Shown here: positions 27,748-41,415 of the stretch, piece after piece | Layout of the letters: every line of letters begins with the position of its first letter | Numbering within the stretch: the first letter of the stretch is position 1 | NCBI GenBank assembly: GCA_951406725.2 | Contig: OX597817.1 | Span: forward strand, 79,546,001 to 79,610,000 | Source: Octopus vulgaris | Taxonomy: Eukaryota | DNA: 64,000 bases | Direction: 5' to 3' | Made by a program: the position numbers and the translations under genes | Notes under the pieces: model-generated | What the model was told of the DNA's origin: nothing | Seen by the model: the letters and a program-made list of their open reading frames with translations, nothing else | The model's database searches: none

Positions 27748-28386
27748 GATGATGATGATGATGATGATGATGATTTAGGCAGAAAGGCAATAATTTTGAG
27801 GGGAGGGTCTACTTGATAACATTGTCCCAAGTACTTAACTACGCCACCAATTTTGATGTTACAGAGTAAGATGAGATCATTTACCTTACTACTTCACTGA
27901 TACAGTATTTCTTTAAATCTGAAATGATAAACAAGCAATATTGACTTAAAAGGGATTTGAACTGAAATCATAAAGAGCCAGAAGACATACCACTAAGCAG
28001 TTTTACTAATGTTCTAATAATTCTGCCAATAAACCAATAATAAGAATAGATGTATACATATGCATTCCTGGTAGGCTGAATTAGCCTCTTTCATCTTCGT
28101 GTGGTGTACCTCTTCTAATTAACTAAAAGCACTCTGAGGGTTTTGTAATACTGTTGTATTATGATAGCATGGGCTTACGTGTACTTCTTTCTCATACTGA
28201 TTTACTTGAAGATACTCTTCTACAGCATGGGCTTTAGCTACTATGGTCTGTGCCTAGCAGGGTCCCTTGATTTCTTTTTAAATCAAGGCGGTGCTCCAGC
28301 ATAGACACAGTCAAATGATTGAAACAAGTAAAAGAATAAAAAGATGATATATATATGCATATACTCTCTCTCTCTCTTTCTCTTTA

Positions 28387-28417
<31 letters not shown>

Positions 28418-28493
28418 TATATATATGCTTGTATGTATGTGTGTATAAGCTGTTAATTACAACCTCATCTTTCACAAATAGCTTTCAATCAAA

Positions 28494-29579
28494 TGAGGTT
28501 TGATCAATAAGTATCCAGACTGTTGCTATAGTAACGAAGCTAAAGCACGCAAAGTAAAGCCACTATAATCTTTTTCTTTTATTCTTTTATTCGTTTCAGT
28601 CACTTTGACTGCAGCCATGCTGGAGCACCACCTTTGGTCAGCCTGAGGCTATAGTAGAAGACACTTGCCCAAGGTGCCACACAGTGGGATTGAACCAGGA
28701 ACAATGTGGTTGGTTAGCAAGCTACTTACCACACAGCCACTCCTGCACCTTTGTCACTTGGCAAAGATTGACCTTGAACCCTGCTGTGCATGTGCACTAA
28801 GTTTTAATATTCTAGCTCATTTTCACTGTTTACAGCAGTACTTGGAAGGAAGGTGTGTAGCGTGTGATCATCGCATTGACCATGACAGAGAAAGTTGTCA
28901 TGGTGATCCCTGCTCAGAGGCCAGTGCAAAGTTGCAGAAAGTGTATGGAGAGGAGTGCATGAGCCACTCAAGTATACAAGTGGTTCAGATGTTTCAAACA
29001 TGGCCCAAACATGTTGATATTGATGAAAGTTCTGGGAGACCTGCAACCGGCAGAACTGAGAAAAACATCACAGATGTGTGTGCAGTTGTGAGGAGAAATC
29101 ATCGAATCACCAATTGTGAGTTATCAGAGGATGTGCAGATTAGTTACGGTTCAGTTCAGTCTATTATCATTGAAGATTTGTGTATGAGATGCGTGTCTGC
29201 CAAGTTTGTGCTAAAACTGCTTTCAGCTAACCAAAAAGACACTCAGGTTTCAATTGCACAAGATCTCCTTGATTGTGTTCAGAAAGATAAAAACCTTTTG
29301 AAAACTTTGTGTAGGCCTCTGAGAAAGTATTGTCAAAATTCTGGCAAAATTTGATGCTGATTCTCTGCCCAACTTTCTCTGTCATGGTCAATGCGATAAT
29401 CAAATGCTACACACCTTCCTTCCAAGTAATGCCTTAAACAGCAAAAGTAAGCTAGAACATTAAAATTTAGTGTGCATGCACAGCAGAGTTCAAGGTCAGT
29501 CTGTGCTAAGCAGCTTCACTCTGTATGCTTTAGCTTCGTTACTATGGCAACAGCCTGGATACTTATTGATCAGACCACG
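28494..29579 (+). mobile_element. mariner fold-back derivative with long inverted arms; N-terminal transposase remnant
   Basis: TIR TGATCAATAAGTATCCAG at both ends and TA at 29580. ORF remnant KVYGEECMS...SGRP...VSAKFVLKLL (HTH to WVPxxL-like motif). Catalytic domain absent. Confidence 0.9.
28570..28750 (-). mobile_element. internally deleted SINE family B nested in the mariner left arm
   Basis: AGAAGACACTTGCCCAAGGTGCC...CTTACCACACAGCCACTCCTGCACC. Confidence 0.8.
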
Positions 29580-29861
29580 TACCTGAATAACTGATGTTTG
29601 ATCTTAATACCATCTAACACATAACCCATTTTTACCTTTCTAATGACAGGGGATTCATGCAGATGACAAATAAGAGTGGTGATAAGCTGTCTCCCTGAAA
29701 TATACCTTTTCATATGTTAACAGATCCTAACTATCTCCTACAGAAAATTATCTCTGTTTTCCAGCTGGCTGTTGATCTGGCACCTGAGCAAATTTCAGAC
29801 ACTCTAATATCCAGCTGTGGGGAACCATGTCATAGGCTTTCATATAGTCCATCCATGGCGT

Positions 29862-30125
29862 AGTGGAGGTGTGTAGCTTTGTAGTTAGGACATTGGACAC
29901 ATGATCATAAGATTGTGGCTTTGATTCCTGGACTGGGCGACACATTGTGATCTTGAAAAAACATTTCATTTCATGTTACTCCCATCCACTCAACTGACAA
30001 AAATGAGTAATTCTGCAATGGACTGATGTGCCATCCAGGTGGGGAATTTACACATCATAGAAACCAGGAACCCAGCCCTTATGAGTCAATATAACTCGAA
30101 AAAGTAACTTAACTTTTTCTACTTT
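29862..30125 (+). mobile_element. SINE family C nested in the LINE RT
   Basis: tRNA head plus CTGCAATGGACTG...CCATCCAG. Confidence 0.75.
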
Positions 30126-30631
30126 TTACTCATGTCATGGCAACATTCTTGTTTATTTTCATATTCAATAAGGATTATTTTATTAACCAGAAGTTTACCT
30201 TTTGTACTCCTGTTGTTCTTTTTCCACCATTTATGCTCTTTCAGTACAATTTTTCACTCCTCAAGGAACCTATAGAACACCTCAAAGATGATTCCAGTCA
30301 TAAGTTTACACCTTAGTGGCAAGCAGGATATGAATCTATAATAATCTCATGCATTACCTTTAGCAAAGTCGTTCCAACAGGGCAGAGTCCTATCTATTGT
30401 CATTCATATATGTATCTCTGCCCAGTTGTTTAACATTTCATTTATTTGAGCTGTGATTTGTTCATGTAAAGATGTCAGCTTTTTCAGCCTAAAGCCCTCA
30501 GACCCATCAGGTCTTGGAGCTTCTCAGCTGGGAATGTTTTGGTTTAAATGTATACTGTTACAGTTGTTATTTCAATATCTCTTTGCTTCACATTTGTTAA
30601 TTCTTCCACAATTCCTTCAGCCATTCAGCAA

Positions 30632-30683
<52 letters not shown>

Positions 30684-30827
30684 GTTATTATTATTATTAT
30701 TATTATTACTTTCCAGTTGTTTGATATTTTCCTTCTGCTGTCCAAGACATACCTTTTCTTGCCCCACATTGTCAGTGACAATGTTTACCAAAGAATATAT
30801 AGTGATGCATAAGCATACATACATACA

Positions 30828-30862
<35 letters not shown>

Positions 30863-30974
30863 GTCTGTGTGTGTGAGTTTGTGAATTTATGTATATATTT
30901 ATATATATATATATATGTACTGATATATCTATGTGTGAATATACGTCTTTCTATATATTCTATGTATATATTTT

Positions 30975-31200
30975 TTTACTACCCACAAGGGGCTAAACAC
31001 AGAGGAGAAAAACAAGGACAGACAAAGGGACTAAGTCGATTACATCGACCCCAGTGCGTAACTGGTACTTAATTTATCGACCCCGGAAGGATGAAAAGCA
31101 AAGTTGACCTCGGCGGAATTTGAACTCAGAACGTAACGGCAGATGAAATATGGCAACGCATTTCGCCCGGCATGCTAACATTTCTGCCAGCTCGCTGCCA
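30975..31200 (-). mobile_element. SINE family A, well preserved
   Basis: Near-consensus sequence with CpGs retained. Confidence 0.9.
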
Positions 31201-31649
31201 ATATTCTATGTATATATGTAAGGCTTAGTGGTTAGGGTGTTGCACTCATGATTGTAAGATCATGGGTTCAATTCTAAGACCAGGCATTGCATTGTATTCA
31301 TAAGCAAGGCACTTCATTTCATGTATTTCTGTGATCATTTCCGCATCTGACATGTGGCATACGGTGCCCCTGTACAAGTACTGTCAATTTGATGGAGGGA
31401 GTGAGCTTACGTGTACACAAACATTTAATCACTATGAACAAATCAATCATGTGGTTGTTTAGTAAGAAATTGCCAAACCCACATATGTCATCTAACGATG
31501 GGAGAGTCCATGTTATATATATGCATATTCATTCAAATATGTGTGTATATATATGAGTGCACATATATATGTATATATGTATATAGAAAAAGTATACACA
31601 CATATATATACATATATAACTGTTGTAATTATATAAATATATTTCCTGA

Positions 31650-32042
31650 GGCACAGAAGTGGCTGTATGGTAAGTAGCTTGCTTACAAACACATGGTTCC
31701 AGGTTCAGTCTGACTGTGTGGCAACTTGGGCGAGTGTCTTCTACTATAGCCTCGGGCCAGCCAAAGCCTTGTGAGTGGATATGGTAGACGGAAACTGAAA
31801 GAAGCCCATCGTATGTACATATATGTGTGTGTGTGTGTTTGAGTGTCTGCGTTTGTCCCCCTGACATCACTTGACAACCAATAGTGGTATGTTTACATCC
31901 CCATAATGTAGCAGTTCAACAAAAGAGACTGATAGAATAAGTACTAGGCTTACAAAGAAGTACTGGGGTTGATTTGCTCAACCAAAGGTGGTGCTCCAGC
32001 ATGGCCACAGTCAAATGACTGAAACAAGTAAAAGAATAAAAG
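31650..32042 (+). mobile_element. SINE family B, full length
   Basis: Colinear with 21745-22165. Confidence 0.9.
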
Positions 32043-32364
32043 ACTATACATTCATATGCATATATAACTATTATAATTATATAAATAAATGCATGCACAT
32101 ACATAAAACACACATGTATATATACACATATATATGTCACTTGCTTTTGAAATTCTTGCGACTATTCTTCATGTGAAAGTTCTCCCCAACTCAATATTTT
32201 AATATCCCTTTGGTCCAGAGTGTATTTCCATCAGTAAATGTCATCTCCCAATGACTTCATGCATCGCTGCACATACATATCAATACATCTTTACATCTCT
32301 TATCATACCTCTCAAACTGCATCTTGTTCTTTCTCTCACACCTGGAAACACACACACACATACA

Positions 32365-32433
<69 letters not shown>

Positions 32434-32750
32434 TGTAGGTATAGAGTTGTATGCAATGAATATATATTTTTTAATATAAAGAAGTCATATTAGCAAAGTG
32501 TACCATATTACAAAATCATATATTTTTGTATATATATAAATGACTTTACTTGCATATATATATATATATATATGCATATATATATATACACACATATACA
32601 TATAAATATATATATATAAATATAATGTATATATATATCATATAGATACAAATACACATATATATACATACACACATATATATAATTGATGCATATATAA
32701 TATATGTATATGTATTAATATATATGTATATTCATATAAGTATATGCGCG

Positions 32751-32807
<57 letters not shown>

Positions 32808-33376
32808 ACACACACATACACACACAAACAACCACACACACTTATATGCACTCATATTTACACATGGAGATATGTATACACATATATGAGTGGGAAAATA
32901 TATACACTTTTTTTTACTTCATACTCTATTTGATTGCCCAACAAGGGACCATGTAAAAGGAGAATGGTAAAAAAATAATAAAACAGATAAATAAAACCTT
33001 AGGAACATGGTTTATATTTTAGATGGGCACCAAAATACAGTAGAAAGAACAACACTGTAAAGTGATATATAAAAAAATTCTACAAGCATACATATTGGGT
33101 GCTATATAACTAAGGGATACATTTGTTTTCATATCTATACCTGTTCTTCTTCATGCATATATACATGCATAAACATATATATATATATATATATCTCATA
33201 TATATTTATAGCATGTGTGTATATATATATACATCTGTGTACATATATACATATACATATATATATGTATATATATTTTTATACATATGTATTTATATCT
33301 ATATATATCTACATATATATGTATATATATATATACATATATATTCATATATATATATACATATATATATACATAT

Positions 33377-33419
<43 letters not shown>

Positions 33420-34068
33420 CATACATACATATATATATATATATGTATGTATGTATATATACATAAATGTGTGTGTGTGCCTGTATGTATGCATGTGTCT
33501 TGTCCACCAGAGCTGTCTCATCATTTTCTCTCCACTCTTCTGCTTCGGATACAATAAAGTTGTTTATTGAAAAATTGCTCATATGGGAAAGTTTAGAACA
33601 CTTATTCGCAAAGTAGCATTTATTGACTCTTCTTACACTGAAGACTCCCACCAAATTTCTTTTTTGTCCTTAGATATTGTACATTATTTTGTCATTTTCC
33701 TACAATACTTTTTGATTGCCAGTTTTTATAATTATTTGTTTTTTTTATGTACTGTTTTTAACCCTTTTGCTTATTTCTATTCAGTTCTCTATGTTTTATT
33801 TTTGTCCCTTTTTACTATTTATTTCAAATTAATGTTATATTTTATTTTCAAAAAATTACTTATTCTGCTTTTAAGCACATTATTATAGATGAGATAAAAT
33901 TCCATATTACACATGCACTCATAAGCATCTGCCCATTGGCTCAATCCTAGCTACAGAAAGTTAAAATGCAAATAATTCTGTTTCAGTTACCACAAAGGTT
34001 TCTTTGAGGTATTATTTGTCTTTAGTTATTTATTTATTCATTTATTATTATCATTATTATTATTATTA

Positions 34069-34177
<109 letters not shown>

Positions 34178-34179
34178 CA

Positions 34180-34315
34180 TCATTCAGTAGTTTTCCTTTT
34201 ATAACGTGCTTTCACTTTACTACCGAGCGCAGCTCTGTGTGCCTTGGGTATGTGCTGTGATTTGTTGTGACTCTCTGATGGTTACTGTATTGAAAGTGTT
34301 CTGTGTAGGATGTGA
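34180..34315 (-). mobile_element. R4/Dong-type LINE 3' end inside (TAA)n
   Basis: Minus strand HILHRTLSIQ* plus 3' UTR, with (TTA)n on both sides. Confidence 0.7.
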
Positions 34316-34561
34316 TTATTATTATTATTGTTATTATTATCATCATAGAGTGAGAGAGCAGCGCATGCCATCAAAGTGACACTGGGGTACAAATATTCAA
34401 AGCCCAATATACCCATCATGATCACCCGTCTGATAAGGGTACACCAGGCACATGCATCACAGCTAAACGTTTCAGTGGGATTGAGCCCAATGCTCCGATC
34501 ACCACTGATATCATTTTTACATTACCCTCTCACATTCAATACAGCCTTGCTATTTGCACTT

Positions 34562-34755
34562 TTGATTATTCTGAGTACTTGGTGATTTTTTGAACTTTAC
34601 TCACAACATTCATGTCATTTGGTATGGCTACATCAACGATCTGACAGTATTTGTCTCTCTTATTCAATATGATAATATCCGACCAACAGTGCTCGACTAC
34701 ACGATCAGTCTGAAAATCATAGTCCCAGAGTATAATGTCAGACCTATCCACCTTG
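34562..34755 (-). mobile_element. R4/Dong-type LINE restriction-like endonuclease fragment
   Basis: ILWDYDFQTDRVVEH..SDIII...IVDVAIP...KITKY. Confidence 0.85.
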
Positions 34756-35399
34756 GACTCAAAGTCCTCAGCAGCATAGCTCTGACACTCAGTCGTTTAG
34801 CCATCTCACCACGTTGCGGTTAAGGGCGGACTTATGGAAAGGTATAACTATTTACATATTGGTCTATCTGATAGCATAGATATTTGAATTTGAGCTGTTT
34901 TGTTGTCAGGTTGAGTTATATCTCCTAATTCTCCTACCAGGCTATTAAATGATTTCATTCATAAGTGACCATGTTTTAAGTCAATGAATAAAAGATATGT
35001 TTTGATTGTTAAACTTATGTATCATTAGGTAACAAATGTAATGTGAATATAAACAGGATACACATCTTTTAAGTAGTAATAATGACTTTAGAATCAGTCA
35101 TTAGCCCTAAAACGGATAAGACAACAGCTCAATTAAGTTTCCATAGAAGTAATTGAGAATACAGTACTTCCACCTCTGAACGGGCCATCAATATGTTGCA
35201 AACTTACCTTGCAGCTATAACTGGGACTCATTTACAGGTGAGTGATCTGGAGCCTTACGAAATGTGATGCTTTGCTATGGAACATAGTGGACAGTCAAAG
35301 AATCAAAACCATAATCTTATGTATGTGAGTGCAAAGTTCCAACCACCTGGCTACACACTTTCACCAAAATGACGTAACTTAATACAAAATATTAGTATC

Positions 35400-35613
35400 T
35401 CTTTTCTCTTTTTTCTTTTACCTGTTTCAGTCATTTGACTGCGACCATGCTGAAGCACTGCCTTTAGTTGAATAAATCGACTGCAGGATTTGTTCTTTGT
35501 AAGCTTAGTACTTATTCTATAGGTCTCTTTTGCCGAACCGCTAAGTTACGGGGACGTAAACACATCACCATCAGTTGTTAAGTGATGTTGGGGGGACAAA
35601 CACAGACACACAA

Positions 35614-35682
<69 letters not shown>

Positions 35683-35850
35683 TACAACAGGCTTCTTTCA
35701 GTTTTTGTATACCAAATCCACTCACAAGGCTTTGGTTGGCCCGAGGCTATAGTAGAAGACACTCGCCCAAGGTGCCACGCAGTGGGATTGAACCTGGAAC
35801 CATGTGGCTGGTAAGCAAACTCCTTACCAAACAGCCACTCCTGCACCTAT
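35400..35850 (-). mobile_element. SINE family B, full length
   Basis: Reverse complement of the family B consensus. Confidence 0.9.
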
Positions 35851-35964
35851 AATGAGATTAAATTTTAAAAATTGAGAACATGAAAGCTGAGAAAGGAAAC
35901 TATTGGGAAAATATTTGGAAAATAGATGTAGAATAACAGCTAAGCTTTTTTTATCTGTCTACAG

Positions 35965-36035
35965 AACACGTGATTGGCTTGTAGTCACACAATGTCGATA
36001 CCATGGTGTAAAACTGGTGGAATGCAAAAGAATAG
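35965..36035 (+). CDS. candidate exon TRDWLVVTQCRYHGVKLVECKRI
   Basis: Acceptor ttttttatctgtctacag|, donor TAG|gtaatg, phase 2 to phase 1, unique sequence. Confidence 0.4.
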
Positions 36036-36643
36036 GTAATGAATAAAACAAGAATTTAACATACTATTTCTCTTAATCTGGCAGGCAGGATACACTTAAT
36101 AATGAACTGATATGAATGTTGGTCAGAAATTTTTCTTGAAATTATCAGTCTATCACTCAAGCCAGATAAAAATCTTAAAATGTTATTTCTACTTTATCAT
36201 ACAACAAACACATCACAATTTGTAAGTCTACATAAAGATCAATAAGATGGTAACTCTTAGATGATGTTAGTAATTAATAGTGTTGGTGGTAAACGATGAT
36301 ATTTTTCTGAGAGATTGCCAATAAAATAAAACACAAACACATATATATATATATGAACAAATAGAATAAAATAAAATGAAGATACTTTTTGAAGAGAGAA
36401 ATATCTGCCGATCTGTAAGCAGGAAGGTGTAGAAAAGTTTTACACAAGACATTAAATGGGGAGTGGATAAGGATAGTGACTTTTAGCGTATTTGCCTGCA
36501 ATGGATCTATCTTATAAGGGATTAGACTTAGTGGAATTGGCAAACCACATGTGAATTAAAGGTTTTGGTTCTTTGCAAAATCCCTTAGATTTGACTGAGT
36601 CAGTGGATTATTTATTAACAAGAGTGTTACCTATCATAGGATA

Positions 36644-37045
36644 CTCTTTTACTCTTTTACTTGTTTCAGTCATTTGACTGTGGCCATGCTGGAGCATAGC
36701 CTTTAGTCAAGCAAATCGACCCCAGGACTTATTTTTGAAAGCCTAGTACTTATTCTATCAGTCTCTTTTGCTAAACCGCTAAGTTATGGGGACGTAAATA
36801 CACCAGTATCGGTTGTCAAGCAATGTTGGGGGGACAAGCACAAACACACAAACATACATATACACACATATACATATATACATATATACGACAGGCTTCT
36901 TTCAGTTTCTGTCTACCAAATCCACTCACAAGGCTTTGGTTGGCCCAAGACTATAGCAGAAGACACTTGCCCAAGGTGCCATACAGTTGGACTGAACCCG
37001 GAACCATGTGGTTGGTAAGCAAGCTACTTACCATACAGCCACTCG
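36644..37045 (-). mobile_element. SINE family B, full length
   Basis: Reverse complement of the family B consensus. Confidence 0.9.
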
Positions 37046-38264
37046 GTAATATCAGAGAATATGACGGTTTTAGTTTATTTATTCAAGCTTGACCAAACAA
37101 GTATACTATTTGTTGTTCTTGTTTATAAAAACTGTTATTCTTATAGGGCTGTGAAGAAAGAATCCTATATTTTTAACTGACAATGTGCAATGATATAGAA
37201 ATGCATACATCCTACAATCTGATGATGTCATTTATTGTCCAATATGTTTTCACACACATTTTCTATAAGATGAATTTCTCCTAAGAATATTTCAGCAGCA
37301 AAGAGTCTTCCCATGCCCATGTGTACACAAACATGTTAGATGTGATTTTTATAATATAACTTTTATTAAATGTCTTGGTGTGTATTCAAAATGATGAAAT
37401 GAATTCTAATTTTTAAGTTAAAAAGTTTAAAATTTCTTATTTGTGTATTTGCGATAAATATTTGGCCATATTTTTGTAGATTTAATCAAGATAATTACAA
37501 TTCACTCTACTGAAAACGTAATCACAACAAAATTTCGTTATAAAATACAAATTTTTCAGAAAGTTATATAGACCTGTACTCTGTATTTCTTTCTTTTTAT
37601 ATATCTGTCTCCCATTATCTCAATATGATGTAAAGTGTGAATGGAAAAATCAGCTAATTAACGTTTACATTGGCTATTATTATATAGAGTTTGCTTGTTT
37701 GTTTGGAATAAACTCAGATAAATATTATTTATGTAAAATGAAAGAAAATACAGCACCATAACTACCCCAACTCTAACCATCGGCACCACCACCACCACTA
37801 CCAAAATAGAAAGACAATTCCAAATTCAAATTCTGTATGATTTGCTATTGGAGTTTAGTACCATATTCTTGGCATATATATTCAATGACACAATTTCAAT
37901 TCCTAGTCTGGAATATCTTGAAATAATGAAAAATACCCCTTGTGCATGATTTTGTATAGAAATGAATATATTTATATTTTACCTCAACCTAGATCGATCA
38001 AGGCTTTGAACACAAATAGAAACATTTTTTGTTGTTCTTACTAGGTGGTGAGCTGGCAGAATTGTTAGCATGCCAGTCGAAATGCTGCTAAGCATTTTTC
38101 CTGTCTTTATGTTCCGAGTTCAAATTGTGCTGAAGTCGACTTTGCTTTCCATCCTTTCAAGGTCGAGAAAATAAGTACCAGTTGAACACCAGGTTTGACA
38201 TAAGTGACTATCCCCCTCACCCAAATTTCACGCATTGTTCTTATAGTAAAAAAGATTATTATTC

Positions 38265-38530
38265 TATTGCCTTTGCACAGCTTCTAACGCTGGAGATGTT
38301 TTACAGTGTCAACTGTTCATTACCAGTGAACTAAGGTAACACCTCTTATTTTTCGAGCACCATCTGAAGTATTTGAGCGGTTCCAAGCAGTGCTGTTTTC
38401 TGCAAGTGTTCCACCCTTATTGCAGCCTCTATTTGTCCCATGTACTTCTCAAGATTTTTACTCACTGTTCTCAGGGCTTGGTACTACAACTACCACCTTT
38501 TTCAGTGACCACAACAGCCCAAATTCCTTT
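38265..38530 (-). mobile_element. R4/Dong-type LINE 3' end
   Basis: KNLEKYMGQI...LQKTALLGTAQILQMVLEK*, adjacent to (TTA)n. Confidence 0.8.
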
Positions 38531-38727
38531 ATTATTATTATTATTATTATTATTGTGTTTTTTCCTTCTTTCTTCAAATTTTCTTCCGTTTCTCGCCGAG
38601 TGTTTTCTATACACCTAGGGCAGAGAAGGGCATTGTATGCATTCCCAGATTACACGTGCAAATTCACAGATAACATATGTATTTAAAAATTAATAAATAA
38701 ATTCATGGATGGATGTTATTTTCACAG

Positions 38728-38795
38728 CAATAATGCTCTTCTCAGTACATGAGCCGTTCCAGTTAATAAGATTTTTTGCACTTCCTGTAGGGATG
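38728..38795 (+). CDS. candidate exon IMLFSVHEPFQLIRFFALPVGM
   Basis: Acceptor ttattttcacag|, donor ATG|gtaagc, phase 1 to phase 0, compatible with the 35965 candidate. Confidence 0.35.
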
Positions 38796-38832
38796 GTAAG
38801 CCTGGAATCATTTTCAAATAGGTTTCAGTGCC

Positions 38833-38896
<64 letters not shown>

Positions 38897-38898
<2 letters not shown>

Positions 38899-39248
38899 GT
38901 TTGATTTTTGCTTTGTCATACAAGTTGGCTCCAGGTCTCACCCAGAGACCTCAAGAGACAACAAGCTAGAAGTTCATGTTGGTGTTATGCCTAGAGTGCC
39001 ATATATTTGGTTTTGTACAAAGTGTTGTTCTAGAGAATGTTTAAGAAACCATAATAAATTTATGTTTTCAAATTTGAGATTACACAGACAGTATTTTACG
39101 TAGGATATGGGTAGTTCCCATGAGAAGTACCTTTTGAATTTCTGCCATTTGGTGGGTTTCCTGGTATCTGAACTAGGTAGCAATCAGCCCCTTTTGCTAT
39201 CATTCCTAGGGCACCTATGACAACAGGTACTGTTTTAGTCTTGAGATC
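38897..39248 (-). mobile_element. R4/Dong-type LINE 3' end between (TAA)n tracts
   Basis: KTVPVVIGALGMIAKG...EIQKVLLMGTTHILRKILSV*. Confidence 0.85.
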
Positions 39249-39252
39249 TTTA

Positions 39253-39285
<33 letters not shown>

Positions 39286-39292
39286 CATTATT

Positions 39293-39339
<47 letters not shown>

Positions 39340-39565
39340 ATGCTATGGCAGCGAGCTGGCAAAATAATTAGAACGTTGAGCAAAATGATTAGCGGCATTA
39401 TTTCATCCGTCTTTACGTTCTGTGTTTAAGCTCCATAGAGGTCAAATTTGCCTTTCATTCTTGGATGAAATAAGCACCAATCGAGCTCGGTGGTCAATAT
39501 AATCAACTTCCCCATCATCTCAAAAATTACTGGCCTGGTGCCAAAATTTGAAACCATTATTAAAT

Positions 39566-39916
39566 AAAAAGAATACGATGCAATTTGTAATAGATCGTTT
39601 ATTTAACGATTTGAACGATATTTCATCACATTTACATAATACATATCGACTAAATATCCTTTTCTCTTTTTAACTATTATCTTTTCTGCTTTTCGTTTTT
39701 TCTTTCTTTTTCCTTTAGCCTGTAATGAAATTGAACATTGATGTCATCATTCTATCAAAACAGGAACACAGGATGTCCTCCTTTACATTTTGAATTTCTG
39801 TTTCTGCAGTTGTTTTCATTTTACATTTTGAACCGAGGGATGAAATTCGAGCTGTCAAAATATCGTTCAAACCGTTAAAACAAACAATACGTTACAAATC
39901 ACATTGAGCTCTTTTT
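39566..39916. mobile_element. MITE-like element with ~65-bp imperfect inverted arms
   Basis: TTTAACGATTTGAACGATATTT (left) versus AAATATCGTTCAAACCGTTAAA (right). Confidence 0.6.
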
Positions 39917-39961
39917 CCTGTCTAGTTCCATTCGAGAAGAATTACGTCAATCTCTATATAA

Positions 39962-40021
<60 letters not shown>

Positions 40022-40029
40022 CATTATTA

Positions 40030-40560
40030 TTGAGTGAAAGAGCAGTGCATGTGATCAAAGTGACACTGGGGTAAAAATATAGGAAGCCAAGTATACCCAT
40101 CATGACTACCCGCCCGATAACGGTACACCAGGCACATGCATCACAACCATGTGTGCGCGACATGGTGATCTCATATCAAGATAAACAGCACATGACCTTG
40201 CAAGTGGGGCCCAGTTAGAATTTTCTTCAGGTTGAGTAGCCCATCCCGCTCAAAAGGTCCCTGAATAAGGGTTGTTTTAGGATGTTGAAAGAACCACCCA
40301 TGTTTCCAAACGTGAATTATCCAAACCTCAAAGAATCCCTCTTAACACATGGCTATGATACTCCCCCACTACTTCTGTTTGTGATCAGAGATGCACAAAT
40401 CGTCAGTCATTAAGGGACATGCTCAACTGGTTAAGGTCAAACAACTGACAAGCAAATCTTTGGTATTGAGCAGAATATTTGCTGCAGCCCATCTTTTATA
40501 CCAAGACAGAACAATGTAGATGTTAACACTTCGAATCATGTATATGATAACACTTCCAAT
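40030..40560. mobile_element. (TAA)n-flanked interspersed repeat, probably LINE-associated
   Basis: A second partial copy lies at 34348-34460 (GAGAGCAG..ATCAAAGTGACACTGGGGTA). Both abut (TTA)n. Confidence 0.65.
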
Positions 40561-40750
40561 TATCATTATTATTATTATTATTATTATTATTGGACAAAAT
40601 GCTTGTCAGAATTCCTTCCAGCTGTTTATGCTCTAGATTCAAATCTTGTTTGAGTAAAAACGCTGCCTTTCATCGTTTTGCATCACTTCATACTTTTGTA
40701 CCACATTGCCTTTCATCGTTTTTATACCACCTGTATGTATGCATGTATGC

Positions 40751-40783
<33 letters not shown>

Positions 40784-41379
40784 TGTATGTATGTATGTAT
40801 GTATGTATGTATGTATGTATGTATGAACGTGTGTATGTATGCATGTGTGTATGTATACATGTGTGTATGTATGCATGTGTGTATGTATATATGTACGTAC
40901 GTACATACGTATGTACGTACATATGTATATATGTATGTATGCATGTATCTATGTACATGTGTGTCTTCTTACTTTGGTTTCATGTAATAGCTGTAAATGA
41001 GTGTCACAGTCATGCAAGCATTGCTCTTCATTCTCAAACTTACAATTAAACATGTCTGGTTATAGGGAATTATTACCTTACTTGGAAACAAGTGATGGTT
41101 GGTGAAAGTAAGAGCTTCCATCTGTAGAAAATCATCTATCTCAACAAATTTCACCAGACCCATGCTAGCATGGAAAAGTGAACGTTAAAACGATGAGAAG
41201 TAAAAGAGGGCTACTTTCAGTTTCCGCCTCGTAAATCCACGCACAAAGCTTTTGTCAACTATCAGCTATAGTAAAAGTCAGTCATACAAGTTGCTGCACA
41301 GTATGACCGAATCCAAAACCATGTTATTAGGAAACTAACTTCGTAACCATGTCACAACCATGTCATCTACGCGCGCGCG

Positions 41380-41415
<36 letters not shown>

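Larger units (their letters stand above)
28445..30790 (-). mobile_element. decayed R4/Dong-type LINE RT region interrupted by a mariner and a SINE
   Basis: WMDYMKAYDMVPHSWILECL (~29790-29855), GIFQGDSLSPLLFVICMNPLS (~29644-29706), APRPDG...LKKLTSLHEQI (~30455-30520), and KLFVKDE left of the mariner. Confidence 0.85.

Noticed and set aside
28665-29354. 229-aa ORF as a functional SINE-transposase fusion
   Set aside because: It is an accidental read-through from an antisense SINE into a frameshifted mariner N-terminus with no catalytic domain.
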